Assembly (NCBI GenBank): GCA_951406725.2
Contig: OX597828.1
Location: 46,872,001 to 46,936,000 of the forward strand
Length of the DNA: 64,000 bases
Direction: 5' to 3'
Source of the DNA: Octopus vulgaris
Lineage: Eukaryota
The translations under genes and the position numbers were made by a program. Below the pieces are notes generated by a model. That model was not told the DNA's origin, made no database searches, and saw nothing but the letters and a program-made list of their open reading frames with translations. How positions within the stretch are numbered: the stretch's first letter is position 1; every line of letters begins with the position of its first letter. This document shows positions 27,536 through 41,585 of this stretch, in pieces.

Positions 27536-28551
27536 AGTAAAGTTCGCTTGACCAAGCCGCGCAGGTACAATCTTGAATGAAGCTGCATCAGGACATCTAC
27601 CCTGGATGAATGTAAATTGGAATTAAACCAACTGGTTGCTCATATATGCTACATTGAAGGACATTCAGCCGTCAAAGATTAACCAGTTATTTAACAGGGC
27701 CGATAGTTGTGGTTTCAGATTTGGAGATAATATCGTATTTCGATAAACAGTCTCCCACGCCACATATGCGACTTGGCGCTCCGTATCTATATTTGTATGT
27801 ATGTATGTATTATGCATGTATGTATGTATGTACGTACGTATGTATGTATGTATGCATGTATGTATGCATGTATGTATGTACGTATGTGTGTGTGTGTATG
27901 TATGCGTGTATATATGCATGTATGCATGTATGTATGTATGTATGTATGTATGTATGTATGTATGTATATATGTATGTATGTAAGTATGTATGTGTGTGTG
28001 TATGTATGTATGTATGTATGTATGCATGTATGTATGTATGTATTCGACCTCGTGTTTGCAATGCGAACAGCCATTCAGCTGTACCGTATACAATTTCGCA
28101 GTACTCGCACAAGCTCGAGGTTATTTTTCGTGTGTCAGGAAACATCATGTCTTTCCTAGAATAACGATGAATAGTCCGGGGCGAAGGACATAGGTCGTGT
28201 TATTGAAATCCTGGTCTAGCTTCAGTGTCTCTAGCTTCAAAGTCCGGTTAAGTGGGAAATGTAATTAGTTAGTCAATGAATATGACTCAGGGGATGTCCT
28301 TAATGAAACTTTGACCAGTGATTGTATGAACAGATCTATTCTATGGCCTAAGCCTTTTGAGTCATGCAAACCGTCCAATCTTTTTTTAGATTTAGGTGCT
28401 TTCGTTTTCTCACACCTAGTGCATGTAAGATTATATTATATAATATATAATATATAATATATATAATATATATATATATAATATATATAATATATATAAT
28501 ATAATTGTATTATATAATGTATTATATAATATTATATAATATATTATATAA

Positions 28552-28965
28552 TAGGCGCAGAAGTGGCTGTGTGGTAAGTAGCTTGTTTACCAACCACATG
28601 GTTCCGAGTTCAGTCCCACTGCGTGGCACCTTGGGCAAGTGTCCTCTACATAGCCTCGGGCCGACCAAAGACTTGTGAGTGGATTTGGTAGACGGAAACT
28701 GAAAGAAGCCCGTCGTATATATGTATATATATATATATATGCGTGGGTGTGTTTGTGTGTCTGTGTTTGTCACCCTAGCATTGCTTGACAAACGATGCTG
28801 GTGTGTTTTTGTCCCCGTTACTTAGCGGTTCGGCAAAAGAGACCGATAGGATAAGTACTGGGCTTACAAAAGAATAAGTCCCGGGGTCGGGTTGCTCGAT
28901 TAAAGGCGGTGATCCAGCATGGCCGCAGTCAAATGACTGAAACAAGTAAAAGAGAATAAAAGAGA
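28552..28965 (+). mobile_element. SINE family A, full length
   Basis: Matches 6568-6997. Confidence 0.9.
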
Positions 28966-29317
28966 ATATGTCCATGAAACAAAAATATTAAAATTAACTG
29001 AATGCATATTTAATAGATATTTGGCTACTATTTCGTAGAAACCGAGAACTTTAGTGAGTTGACAAAATTGTTAGCCCATCGGATACAAGGTTTGTCGTTA
29101 ACTGTCCCTCCGGTCCGAGTTCCAATCCTGCTTAAGTCGAATTTATCTTTCGTACTTTCGACGATTCTGTTTAGCTTCACAGCATATTGAATTGAATTCT
29201 ACTTCAGTTACACATTTGGAGTGCTTTCAAATATATATTAATATAACCCACATATGTACATATATGCGTGCGGAGAAAGAGAAAGAGAATAATTAATAGA
29301 CAGACAGACAGACAGAC

Positions 29318-29370
<53 letters not shown>

Positions 29371-29451
29371 CAGACAGACAGGCTGACAGACACAGAAAGA
29401 CAGATAGAGAGACAGACAGACACATAGATAGAGAGAGAGAGAGACTACCAG

Positions 29452-29502
<51 letters not shown>

Positions 29503-29570
29503 CAGAGAGAGAGAGAGAGAGAGACTGACATACTGATAAACACATAGATAGATAGATCGATCGATCGATC

Positions 29571-29645
<75 letters not shown>

Positions 29646-30066
29646 GTAACAATGTAAGTGTAAGCAATGGATGAAAAAGAAAATGCTCAGTACTAAAATC
29701 GAGTGATATGAATTCTAGGTAAGGTATGTTTTGTTGAGCGATTTTGTAGTGTGTTTGCGTTTTCATTTTGTTGTTATGACGGACGTGCTTTCCGTTAGTC
29801 ATCGATGTATCCGAAAATCATTTTAGTTCTATATTTAATCAGAGTATTATACAATTTTCATTTAAGACAAAATGTTGATCTCTTTTATATTCCAATGATG
29901 AGAGTAAAATAAATAAATCTGATGTTTTCGCAGAAAATATGGTACAGCTTAGAAATTGAAATTCAGATTAAAAGTGTTTTGAACGTCACACTTTTCTTTT
30001 TTGGGTGTTTTCATGTTTTCTAACCAGAGGCCATATACAGTATTCCAGCGGCCTTTCCATTTTACC

Positions 30067-30183
30067 CTCTACCCCTCTTCCACTTTCTGTCTGCTCCTCT
30101 CTCTCTCATTCTCTCTGTCTCCTATCGTTCGCTTTCTTTCGCTGTCTCTTCGTCCTCCCTTCTCCTTTTCCCTCCTACACATG

Positions 30184-30218
<35 letters not shown>

Positions 30219-30225
30219 CTCCCCT
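30067..30225 (+). repeat. Copy 1 of a ~160-bp CT-rich direct repeat (copy 2 at 33257-33421)
   Basis: Identical over the non-microsatellite part, from CTCTACCCCTCTTCC to CTACACATGCTACT. Confidence 0.9.
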
Positions 30226-30352
30226 CTATCTTCATTAAACATTTCTCAATGCTCCTAGCTAACGTCACTAGAATTTTTTTTACATGAAAATTGATGATGG
30301 AAAGCAATAAATTCACTTTTAAAGAAAACTGGCCTTTAAACGTTTTCGAATG

Positions 30353-30397
30353 TAAGCTAATTAAGCTAATTAAGCTAATTAAGCTAATTAAGCTAAT
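30353..30397. repeat. Minisatellite (TAAGCTAAT)x5
   Basis: Directly visible. Confidence 0.9.
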
Positions 30398-30559
30398 CCG
30401 GAGCTAGAAATCGTCGATACATTTAGCTTGCGAGACGCTATTCAACGGTCAATGGATCGATGACAGTGGAAATCGGTCGAGGACGTACCCAAGGTATTTA
30501 ATATTCACAGCTTCAACCTTTTGCACAATGAGATGGTTTACACCGAATGTGTTGTAAAT

Positions 30560-31200
30560 TCTGAGCGTCCAAATGCAATCCTTTTTATGAGATTTTGGGT
30601 TTTATTTCTTAATTCTTTTTACATAATATTAGAAATCTAAACTACAACTTCATATTTTTCTTCTGTCAACACTACTGCAAAGTATCTCTTGGCTTGCGCA
30701 ATTGATGCTCCCTTCCGCTGTTTCCAGACTAAACTTTACACTCAAGAAGACGGGTTGGCGATGGGTTCTCCATTAGGGCTCACATTCGCAGCATTGAACG
30801 TGACTAAATTGGAAAACGAATTTATTTTCAAGTATAATCACTCAATCCACACCAAGTGAGACTGATTGACATTCATTGCGACAGATAAGAGCGCTCCGAC
30901 TGATAGATTAAAAAATTTTGACAATAAAACCCTCTTTACGTTTACAATCCATAACATCTCACGCATAAATTCAAGCCATAACACTACACCAATTTTTATA
31001 TAAATACAGGAATAAGTAACAAATATAGTATCACAGTATGCCTGAAATTCCTTCTTTGACGAGGCTGTAAATGTTCATCCACTCTACAAACTTTAAATAA
31101 AGAAATTAATTCTCCACAACTGGTACAACTCTCGCTAAAACCACAGTTACCCTACGTAACATACGCTTGCAGAATGGTTTTGAGTTTGTCGAAAAAATAA
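30560..31200 (+). pseudogene. Highly decayed Penelope-like reverse transcriptase fragment
   Basis: 30690-30820 translates to APFRCFQTKLYTQEDGLAMGSPLGLTFA...KLENE, the PLE Y.Q.DG.AMGSPL motif. Confidence 0.7.
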
Positions 31201-31267
31201 ATAAATAAATAAATGAATAAAGGAGAGCACAAATACCACATCTAACCGCAATCTCGTAATTATAATA

Positions 31268-31487
31268 CTCGTTTACTCTTTTACTTGTTTCAGTCATTTG
31301 ACTGTGGCCATGTTGGAGCACCGCCTTTAGTCGAGCAAATCGACCCCAGGACTTATTTTTTGTAAACCTAGTACCTATTCTATAGGTCTCTTTTACCGAG
31401 ACGCTATGTTACGAGGACGTAAGCACACCAGCATCGGTTGTCAAGCGATGTTGGGAGACAAACACAGACACACAAACATATACACAC

Positions 31488-31536
<49 letters not shown>

Positions 31537-31695
31537 CGACAGGCTTCTTTCAGTTTCCGTCTACCAAATCCACTCACAAGGCTTTGGTCGGCCCGAAGCT
31601 ATAGTTGAAGACACTTGTCCAAGGTGCCACGCAGTGGGATTGAACCCAGAGTCATGTGCTTCGTAAGCAAACTACTTACCACACAGCCACTCCTA
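31268..31695 (-). mobile_element. SINE family A
   Basis: Reverse-complement family A sequence. Confidence 0.88.
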
Positions 31696-32379
31696 ATATA
31701 ATATGTTACAAAACCTCCGGATTGAAGGCCCTCCTCTACCGCAACACGTGACCACAAATTTGCAAGCCACAGAACGTTCTTCAGGCAGCATAATTTCGAT
31801 GTAAACACAAAAGAGGTCTTTCCTCAACGTATTTCATCGGATATACAATTATGGCACGTTTTCATCGGTTGACCATGCACCTCCAACAAAGAGCACATCA
31901 ATATTATACAGTACACAAATACTATTAGATAGAAAAGCATTCGTTGATAGCGCTGCAATCTTATAAAGAATTCAAAATTTAACAAAAGAGAAAAAACAAA
32001 ATGGAAGCGTTAATAATCGCAAAATGCAATGTGAAAATCAACTCAAAGATTGCAAGTAAAAACAATAAGGAATTGACTTTCGTGTGATTTTAGATTCGAC
32101 GCTGGCGATTTTATTGGTTGTAACAATATTCTCACGATACTTTGCACGCTATAGCAAAATGCGCGAGCAACACGCCGTCTTTAGAGTTGAATCATTGGGG
32201 ACCATAATGTTTGGTGATCTAATATGCTAGTTTTCTTTATCTACATTGATTTGTAAATATACAATTGTATAATAGGTTGCATGCACTTTAGTGCAGACAA
32301 GCAAACATGATTTGAAGAAAGAATAATTATTACATGAAGAAAAACGGATACGGTTTTAGAGCAGTGGAGTAATTAGATA

Positions 32380-32830
32380 AAGATAACTATGGCCGGTCTG
32401 TGGGGTTAGCATGGTTTTCACGTCCATAAAGCGCTTAGATTTACGGCGTTTCCTCATGGCCGGTGTCATATGACCTCTCTTCAAAATGGAAGGAGAAAAG
32501 ACCTCGTAGCTACTAGTTGACCGCTCGGACAAAGGGTTGAGCGCAAGGGATTGTCTTCCTAAGGCGGCTATCTATAGACGAAGTGGTCGGCTTGCGGGTT
32601 CCAGGACTTCAGTAGGAATCTCCTTAAGTGTAAGCAGGGTCCGAAGGCTTTCATCCTGGAATTTAAGATGTTCCCCGGGGCGAGGGATTGCTTTAATATT
32701 CTCGCCTGTTCAACTATGCACAGCTTGCAACTTTTGTTCCCTTTGATGTAGGGGCCAGGTTCTTCTAGGATCTTCCATGAGATTACGCGTGAAGCCCCTT
32801 CATCCTTCAGACGCCGCACCTGCGGATTAA
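32380..32830 (-). mobile_element. 3' end of a Penelope-like element (GIY-YIG C-terminus plus 3' UTR with decayed HHR)
   Basis: ISWKIL....PY..GNKSCKLC..EQARIL....ILNSR......CLH matches the PLE endonuclease tail; UUGAAGA...GAAAC-gcc-GUA at 32439-32487. Confidence 0.7.
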
Positions 32831-33373
32831 ATAAGGATATAATTTCATTCTTTTTTTAATGGTCTCCTAACGGACTGCTTCATCTTTTATTGACCACTCC
32901 TCAGAAAAGACGTACTCGGTTTTCTGCTTTCTTCAATCAAAGCATAGATCAACTGCTTATAAAGCAGCCGCAAATTAAGCTGCCACCGTGATGGACAGTC
33001 TAATAGGTATATTTGTGCTTTTGAGGACGTGTCATTCATTAGAAAAACAGCAATTATCGGCTGCTAACAAAGCGGTTTTTTTACCGTTCCTCTTATATAT
33101 ATATTATGATATCGGGCACCTCTTTTTTTTTTTTTTTTTTTTTGTCTGATTCGTTGCCATAAACAGATACGGAAAGAAACAAATTCGCTAATTTGTAAAC
33201 AGGCAGAATTCTCTATCTTCTCACCCTTTGTCTCCCCTCTTTCTCTCTCACTCTTTCTCTACCCCTCTTCCACTTTCTGTCTGCTCCTCTCTCTCTCATT
33301 CTCTCTGTCTCCTATCGTTCGCTTTCTTTCGCTGTCTCTTCGTCCTCCCTTCTCCTTTTCCCTCCTACACATG

Positions 33374-33411
<38 letters not shown>

Positions 33412-33932
33412 GCTCTCCCCTTCCGACTTTGCCACTCACTCACCAAATCAATCCTCCTTCCTCCTCTTAATCCCTTGCCTGTTTGTCACATTCAAATTAC
33501 TCTCTATACTCCCAAGAGTCCTGCCTGTCAGTCTGTTTGAAAGTTTTGTTTTCTCGCTGTCTGGCTGGCTGTCTGGCTGTCTGGCTGGCTGGCTGGCAGG
33601 CTGGCTGGCTGGCTGGCTGGCTGGATGGATGGCTGGATGGTTGGATGGCTGGATGGATGGATGGATGGATGGATGGCTGGCTGGCTGGCTTGCTGGCTGG
33701 CTGGCTGCCTGTCTGCTCTCTCCTGCCTGTCTGCTCTCTCCGTCTTCTTCGTTACGTTACTTCTCTCTCAACCATGCTTACTCTCTCTGAAACGAATACA
33801 CGCTTTATCATCGTATTCTCCCTTCCCTCTCTCTCTCTCTCTCTCTCGCTCTCTTTCTCTTCCTCCCTGACTCTCTCTCTCTCTCTCTCTCCTTGCTTCG
33901 GTGTGTCTCGGTCAGTGACTGACACAGTTTTC

Positions 33933-33965
33933 ATGGACACCGAAGCATCAGTTTTTGACAGAGAT
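33933..33965 (+). CDS. Candidate first coding micro-exon of an unidentified host gene ([11 protein letters not shown])
   Basis: ATG in unique sequence after a long CT-rich leader; 11 codons followed by the donor-like GAT|GTATGT. No downstream exon identified. Confidence 0.3.
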
Positions 33966-34248
33966 GTATGTAAACTAACACACGTGTATACACCAACCAC
34001 ACACGTAGATTTAGTACGAGGGTACACACGAACGAATACACACACACACACACACACACAAGCATACACACACACATGCGCAATCATGTGTGCTTGCGCG
34101 AGTGCGCATGTGTGTGCATGCATGCATAAATGCGACTGGGTATATGTCAATATGGCTGGCTTTATCATTTGCTATGAACTGTGTGAATACCGTTTGCTAT
34201 ATCACGTGTGTATGTGTGTGTGTGTGTGTATGTGTGTGTTTGTGTGTT

Positions 34249-34279
<31 letters not shown>

Positions 34280-34877
34280 GGGTGTGTAAATATACGTATA
34301 TGTGTGTGAATACATATGATGTGTGTATGTGTGTTTGTGTCTATTTGAAAATTTGGGGTCATATACTCGGTTATATATGCATATACACCACTTCTTACAC
34401 ACAAACACAGACGCACACACATACACACACAACACATACACTACACAACTATACACATGTACAACAAAACTCATACGCACACACACACTCATATATATAT
34501 ATATATATATATACACTACCACATACTGCGACGACATCTGGAGAATTATTTTTCACACCCTCATCACACATTCGCACACGTATGCACACATACGTACAAA
34601 CGCTCACACACATGCACACGCACACATACACATACACACGAATAAACACACACACACGCATATATACACACATTTACACGCACACGTCCACAGACAGGCA
34701 AAATATACGTGCCACATGTAAATAACATCCACATGTATATCATGGGGTTATATATATATATATACTTATGCACGTGTGTGAGAGTGTGTGTGTGAGTGTG
34801 TGTGATGGTGTGTGTGTGTATATATATATATATACATGCACAGCTATACATATATATATATGTGCGTGTGTATATAT

Positions 34878-34908
<31 letters not shown>

Positions 34909-34972
34909 ACTATAAGCTTTGTTTTGGCGGCGTCAACATACAGCTTCAATGTGAGCAGAAATACATCATACT

Positions 34973-35032
<60 letters not shown>

Positions 35033-35266
35033 CATACATATGCACATTAAGCACACAGGTTTGTTTTGTGCAGGAACAAATGTCCCTCAAATTGTTTTTA
35101 TACATAAATATATAATGTCTTTCACTCTTTCGGGGTCAACAAAATAACTACCAGTTGAGAATTGACGTACCTCCTCCCTTAAAACTGCTGGCCTTGTCCC
35201 GACATTTGAAGTCAATATGATATAATATATATATATGTGTGTGTGTGTGTGTGTAGTAGACAGTAG

Positions 35267-35655
35267 TGGAGGCGCAATGGCCCAGTGGTTAGGGCAGCGG
35301 ACTCGCGGTTGTAGGATCGCGGTTTCGATTCCCAGACCGGGCGTTGTGAGTGTTTATTGAGCGAAAGCACCTAAAGGCTCCACGAGGCTCCGGCAGGGGA
35401 TGGTGGTGATCCCTGCTGTACTCTTTCGCCACAACTTTCTCTCACTCTTACTTCCTGTTTCTGTTGTACCTGTATTTCAAAGGGCCGGCCTTGTCACTCT
35501 CTGTGTCACGCTGAATATCCCCGAGAACTACGTTAAGGGTACACGTGTCTGTGGAGTGCTCAGCCACTTACACGTTAATTTCAGGAGCAGGCTGTTCCGT
35601 TGATTCGGATCAACCGGAACCCTCGTCGTCGTAACCGACGGAGTGCTTCCACCAA
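35267..35655 (+). mobile_element. SINE family C (tRNA-like head), full length with TSD
   Basis: TGGCCCAGTGGTTAGGGCAGCGGAC...GGTTTCGATTCCC; TSD AGTAGACAGTAG at 35255-35266 and 35656-35667. Confidence 0.9.
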
Positions 35656-36106
35656 AGTAGACAGTAGACTCTCATATGGGCTAACTGCATTTATCTCTGT
35701 AATATAAACACGAACACGATTCTGAGACAACGTGGTTCGTTTCACAGAAAATGCAGTTTACAGTTTATATTTAATCCTCTATGCAGCACCATGGGCAAAT
35801 GATTTCTGCCCCAGAGTAGGGGTTATCTCAAGCACTTATTCTCACCCTATTTATTATCCAAACAGATCGAAAACCTAGATTATTTTAAGGGCTCGCATCC
35901 AAAAACGTAAAACGCAAGTGAATTAAAGTAAAATTTAAATCTGTAGAGGGAAGAATATTGAGGGACCCTAGAAGGTTGCTTAAGGGCCACACACGACCTG
36001 GAAGCCTCGTTTGAGAACTGCTGATCTAAAGTCTTCTTAATGAATTAGTAAACAGAATGTTAAGAAATGTGCCAGACGAAACAAATTTTTTTTTTTGCAT
36101 AATGAC

Positions 36107-36810
36107 ATGGCTGTGTAGGTTAGAAGCTAGCTTCTCAACCATTAGGTCGTAGGCTCGATCTCACTACGCGGCACCTTGGGCACATGTCTTTTACTATAGC
36201 CCCTGATCGACCAAAGTCTAGTGAGAACACTTGGTAGACGGAAACATAAAGAAGCCCGTCATATGTGTGTGTGAGAGCGCGCGTGTTTGTGTGTGTAGGT
36301 CTGTGTGCACGTGTGGGAATGCATGGATTTACATAATCATACATGTGTTCTTATGGGAATGAGTGTGTGTTTGTTTGTCTCCCATTTCGCTTGACAACAA
36401 GTGTTAGTTTGTTGGTCGATTTAATCCATGCGATACCCCAGCATGGACACGCACTCCAACGAATAAAACAAGTGAAAAACAAAAGAGGAAGAATAAAGTG
36501 TGGTAAGTAGCTTGCTTACTAACCACATGGTTCCGGGTTCATTCCCACTGCGTGACACCTTGGACAAGTGTCTCCTACTATAGCCTCGGGCAGACCAAAG
36601 CCTTGTGAGTGGATTTGGTAGACGGAAACTGAAAGAAGACCGTGTGTATATATGTATGTGCGTGTGTATATGTTCCCTCCCCCGATGCTGGTGTGTCCCC
36701 GTAACTTAGCGGTTCGGCAAAATAGCCGATAGAATAAGTACTAGGCTTCCAAAGACGGTGCTCCAGCATGGCCGCAGTCAAATGACTGAAACAGGTAAAA
36801 AATAAAAAAG
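36107..36810 (+). mobile_element. Two adjacent SINE family A copies (one old, one internally deleted)
   Basis: Family A homology at about 36107-36490 and 36497-36810. Confidence 0.8.
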
Positions 36811-37479
36811 AAGATGATGCAGCACCCTCCTCTTCAAGGAGACCTTAATATAGCGATTTATATAAATTAATAGAAAAAATTTTTTAAATTAAGGAAGCCT
36901 TGGGAGACGAAGGAAGGGGACATCTTCATCGAAAACCTGTTAAGAACCTCCACTGAAACACTGCCCTGTTTCTATCGTCTACGTACATATACACACACAA
37001 GCATTATTTGATATCTTTTAGCATGAGCAACAACCTGTACTCTATCAAACTGTCCAGGTTTGGATTCTTATCGAACACCCATCAGAGAAAGATAGAAGTG
37101 GTCGAAACAACGGAGAACACACTCCGGCCTCGCCTATGGCATCGACACAGATAACAGTGGGAGCGACAAAAACAACAAGGGAGTCGGTTAAACGTCATTG
37201 CCACGTCTAAAACGGCTCCGGGAGAGCCCACAAGCGCCAGTTCGTTTTGCTGACTGTCATTCGTGTATCGGAGTACTCAGCCAGAGACAACATTGCTCAA
37301 TTAGGGCGGAGAACTAGAACTTTTATCTATGGTTATAAATGAGAGACGTCAAAATAACTACCAGTTGAGAATTGGGGTCAATGCAATCTACTTCCCTTGA
37401 AACTGCTGGCCTTGTCCCGACATTTGAAATCAATATGATATAATATATATGATATAATACGATATATGATATGGTATAG

Positions 37480-37825
37480 TATGCTGAGACCCAACCCCTT
37501 CGGTCATGACTGACCATGGGATTGCACCTAGAAAGTTACTCTCCCGGGCACAAGTCCGGGCAAGGTTGTTTATGGAAGACCAGCAGTCGCCCATGCATAC
37601 CGGCCTCCTCTCTCCGTGCCACCAGAGTTATCCAAGGGAAAGGCAAAGGCCGATACTGCTTGGTACCTGTGACGTCACAGCTCATTTCTACAGCTGAGTG
37701 AACTGGAGCAACGTGAAATAAAGTGTCTTGCTCAAGAATACAACATGCAGCCTGGTTCGGGATTCGAACTCACACTCTCACGATCGTAAGTTCAGCGGTC
37801 TAACCATTGAGCCATGCACCTTCAC
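37480..37825 (-). mobile_element. SINE family D (tRNA head, conserved central domain)
   Basis: Minus: TGGCTCAATGGTTAGA...GAGTTCGAATCCC...TTGAGCAAGACACTTTATTTCACGTTGCTCCAGTTCACTCAGCTG. Confidence 0.8.
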
Positions 37826-37930
37826 GGTATAGTATAGTATACTATAATATATCATAATATCCTATACTCTACTATAAGCCTATACTATACTATACTATAC
37901 TATACTATACTATAATATAATATAATATAA

Positions 37931-38278
37931 TACAAGAGCACTCAGAGAGCGCAAACCTCTGCCAAGGCAACACCAACATCCTCTCAACGATTAGTCGGAG
38001 ATGATTTTTAAAATGAGAATATCTGAAATAAACTCGACTACCCTCATAAACAAGAATACTAAAATTGAAAGAGACCGCTCTCAAAAATTAAGTTTAAAAA
38101 ACCGGAAAAATAATCCAGAATCCTTGTCCGGTACCATACCGATCCCCAAATCTAACCAGTTCGTGCCAGTCACGATGCCAAACATCCCAGAAACTTTCAT
38201 CCGATATCTTGTCCAAGGACAAACAAACAAACATGACTGAAAACAATAAATCCGCCTTGGCGAAGGCGTAGGTAATAA
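37931..38278 (-). mobile_element. Non-autonomous Helentron/Helitron2-type element (HINE-like)
   Basis: Terminal hairpin GCACTC-AGA-GAGCGC, subterminal inverted repeat ACCTCTGCCAAGGC / GCCTTGGCGAAGGCGTAGGT, and a short (ACAA)n tract. Confidence 0.7.
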
Positions 38279-38675
38279 TATAATATGAGGCAGCGGCGCT
38301 GAACTGGTAGAGTCGTTAGCATGCCGGATAAAATGCTTAACGTCATTTCGTCCGACTTCACGTTCTGAAATTCAAACAGCACTGAGGTTGACTTTACCTT
38401 TCATCATTTCGGCGTCAAAAGTAGCAGTCCAACACTGGGGTCGATCTAACTGACTTCCCCTCACCCGAAATTGCTAGCCTTATGCCGAAACTATGAGGAC
38501 GTAAACACACCAACACCGGTTGTCAAGCGGAGGGTGGGGAACAAACAGAGACACAAAGGCACACATCCACACGCACACAGAGAGACACACACACACATAT
38601 ATATACATAGATACACACACACACATATATATATATACACGGTTATATACATACGTATATACATATATGTATGTA

Positions 38676-38707
<32 letters not shown>

Positions 38708-38710
38708 AAT

Positions 38711-38764
<54 letters not shown>

Positions 38765-39674
38765 GTGTATATACACATACATACATGCATACATACATAC
38801 ATACATACATACATACATACATACATACATACATACATACATACATACATACATACATACATACATGTATATATTTTTGAACCAAGCATAGATATTCTAT
38901 CTGTTGCTTTTGTATATTTGTAGTTTTAATGCAAAAAGCATAAAAGTACTTGAGATGTGTCCGTTATTGGATCAAGGATAATCTAATGTACAGAAACATT
39001 CGTTAGCTAATGTCTAACGTTCAATGTATGATGTAAGATGTAAGATGTACATGTGTCGGCCAATTGAGATTACGCATCCATATCTTAAGGTACAAAACAT
39101 CCCCGGCCTGTCTGTTGGCCTCATCTGTAGATAAAATGCACGAGTTTATCCAGATAAGTTTGTTGACCCAGGTTTGTTGTTGTTGTTGTTGCTTTTGGGT
39201 TTTTTTTTTGGGGGGGGGTTCAAGGGTATCTATCTTCAAGCATATGCACATACACACTATTATACTAATATACCTAGACGGAGAAACACCAAGATACGTA
39301 CACACATACATGCATGAATGTTTGTATGTATGTATGTATGTATGTATGTATGTATGTATGTATGCATGCATGTATGTATGTATGTATGTATGTATGTATG
39401 TATGTGTGTATGTATGTATGTATGTATGTGTGTGTGTATGTATGTATGTATGTATGTATGTATGTATGTATGTATGTATGTATGTATGTATGTATGTGTG
39501 TGTGTATGTATGCATGTATGTATGTATGTATGTATGTATGTATGTGTGTGTGTATGTATGTATGTATGTATGCGAGTCTATGTGCGTAAACGCACAAGCA
39601 TGCTAACATACAATATATGTGTATGCATTTATTATATATATGTGTATAAATAAATACATGCATATATATATATA

Positions 39675-39751
<77 letters not shown>

Positions 39752-39866
39752 GTATGTATGTGTGTGTGTATGTGTGTATGTTTGTATGTATGTATGTATG
39801 TATCTATGCATGTATGTATATGTAAGAGCGAAAGCGCAAAATCCGTAGATGACATACGAAGAAAAC

Positions 39867-39929
<63 letters not shown>

Positions 39930-40295
39930 GTTACAGCAAGATGGACAGATAGATTTATACATGAGTTTATATGTTCGCATATATACATGTGTGCGTAATA
40001 GTATACACAGAACAAAATAATCTGCGTGAGTGTATATATATATATATACTTTTGTCCTCGGTTATATTCATAATCCAATAATGTGTATAAGTGACTGTAT
40101 GTATGCGCGCGCACATGCGCGTATGTAGAGAGACAAAAAAATTCTTCAGTCTTCTATTGGTTTTATCTATAGGAATTTCTGCTATCTCATCAAAAGGTCA
40201 TATGTCCTATTAGAAACCACGTTCTATACTTACTCACACATACACACACACACATGCACATACATACACACACAAACCCACCTGCATGCACACAT

Positions 40296-40327
<32 letters not shown>

Positions 40328-40559
40328 CCAACGCAAACGCATACACGTGTACAAATACAGACACACAAAAAAGAACGCATAGCTCTCAACTCTTTAACTG
40401 GCTTAAGCCAGTTCGCTGTGGCCCTGCTGGGGCACCAACATTACATATATGCATACGTACATAAATACAAACGTATATTTCTTTTATTCTTTTATTCTTT
40501 TATCTGTTCTAGCCCAAAGACTGTAGCCATGCTGGAGCACCACCGGTGTATTCACCTCT

Positions 40560-41118
40560 TCAGTATCCATTCTCATGTGATTGGCTTTTGATGAATTAGG
40601 GAGTTGGATACAGCTGCCCTTTTTTTGAGTTTTTGCCGTATTATATAGGTTCCTCTGGGACCTTAGACAGTAGATCAAGTTGTTTCTTGAAAAGTTTTGC
40701 CACTGCTCCGTGAAAATCCCTCAGATGTTTTAACAAGAAATTAAGAGCTATGGGCCCTTGATACCCAGGCTGCTGCAGTATATGGTCTTCTTTCTACATA
40801 GCTGGGACCTTTGGAACAGTGCGGTGCCGTCCACTTCTGGAGTTAGCATAGTTCTTGATACCAAAATTTGGTGCCAACCCCTCCACGGCATATATCTCCC
40901 GTTTGCGCTCGAGGTAGTAGCGTCGTAGCCCTTTCAATTCCACAGATGCAGTCTTCCAGATGTAGCACCACTGCATTGTTTCAATATGCGCTACTAATTT
41001 AATCCTGTGCAGTGACGAAAGTTGAGAGCAGTAATCCAGATGGCTGAGTACAAATATCCTCCAGAGAACCAACACGATTTGCTGGCCCCTTGTTCTGAAG
41101 GTTCTCAGAAACCATCTG

Positions 41119-41120
<2 letters not shown>
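40560..41120 (-). pseudogene. 3' fragment of a CR1/L2-group LINE ORF2
   Basis: FVLSHLDYCSQL.....I.....IETMQ...LKGLRRYYLERKRE matches the CR1-type L.Y....WSP...LE..QR...L...SLE.RR tail. Confidence 0.75.
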
Positions 41121-41157
<37 letters not shown>

Positions 41158-41187
41158 AGGAATGACCACTAAAGTGGACGCCTAATA

Positions 41188-41585
41188 ACTCTTTATTCTT
41201 TTACTTGTTTCAGTCATTTGACTGCGGCCATGCTGGAGCACCACCTTTAGTCGAGCAAATCGACCCCGGGACTTATTCTTTGTAAGCCCAGTACCTATTC
41301 TATCGGTCTCTTTTGCCGAACCGCTAAGTGACGGGGACGTAAACACACCAGCATCGGTTGTCAAGCAATGCTAGAGAGACAAACACACACACACACAAAC
41401 ACACACATATACACACATATATATATATATACATATATACGACAGGCTTCTTTCAGTTTCCGTCTACCAAATCCACTCACAAGGCTTTGGTCGGCCCGGG
41501 GCTATAGCAGAAGACACTTGACCAAGGGACTGAACCCGGAACCATGTGGCTGGTTAGCAAGCTACTTACCACACAGCCACTCCTA
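41188..41585 (-). mobile_element. SINE family A inserted into a foldback element
   Basis: Reverse-complement family A sequence; the flanks rejoin into one arm of an inverted repeat. Confidence 0.88.

Noticed and set aside
35267-35340. tRNA-like sequence (also 58244 and 37750-37825)
   Set aside because: These are SINE heads continuing into repeat bodies with TSDs; no complete cloverleaf.
36880-37320. Possible further PLE RT remnant (PCFYRL..., ESPQAP)
   Set aside because: Motifs are too eroded to support without an alignment.
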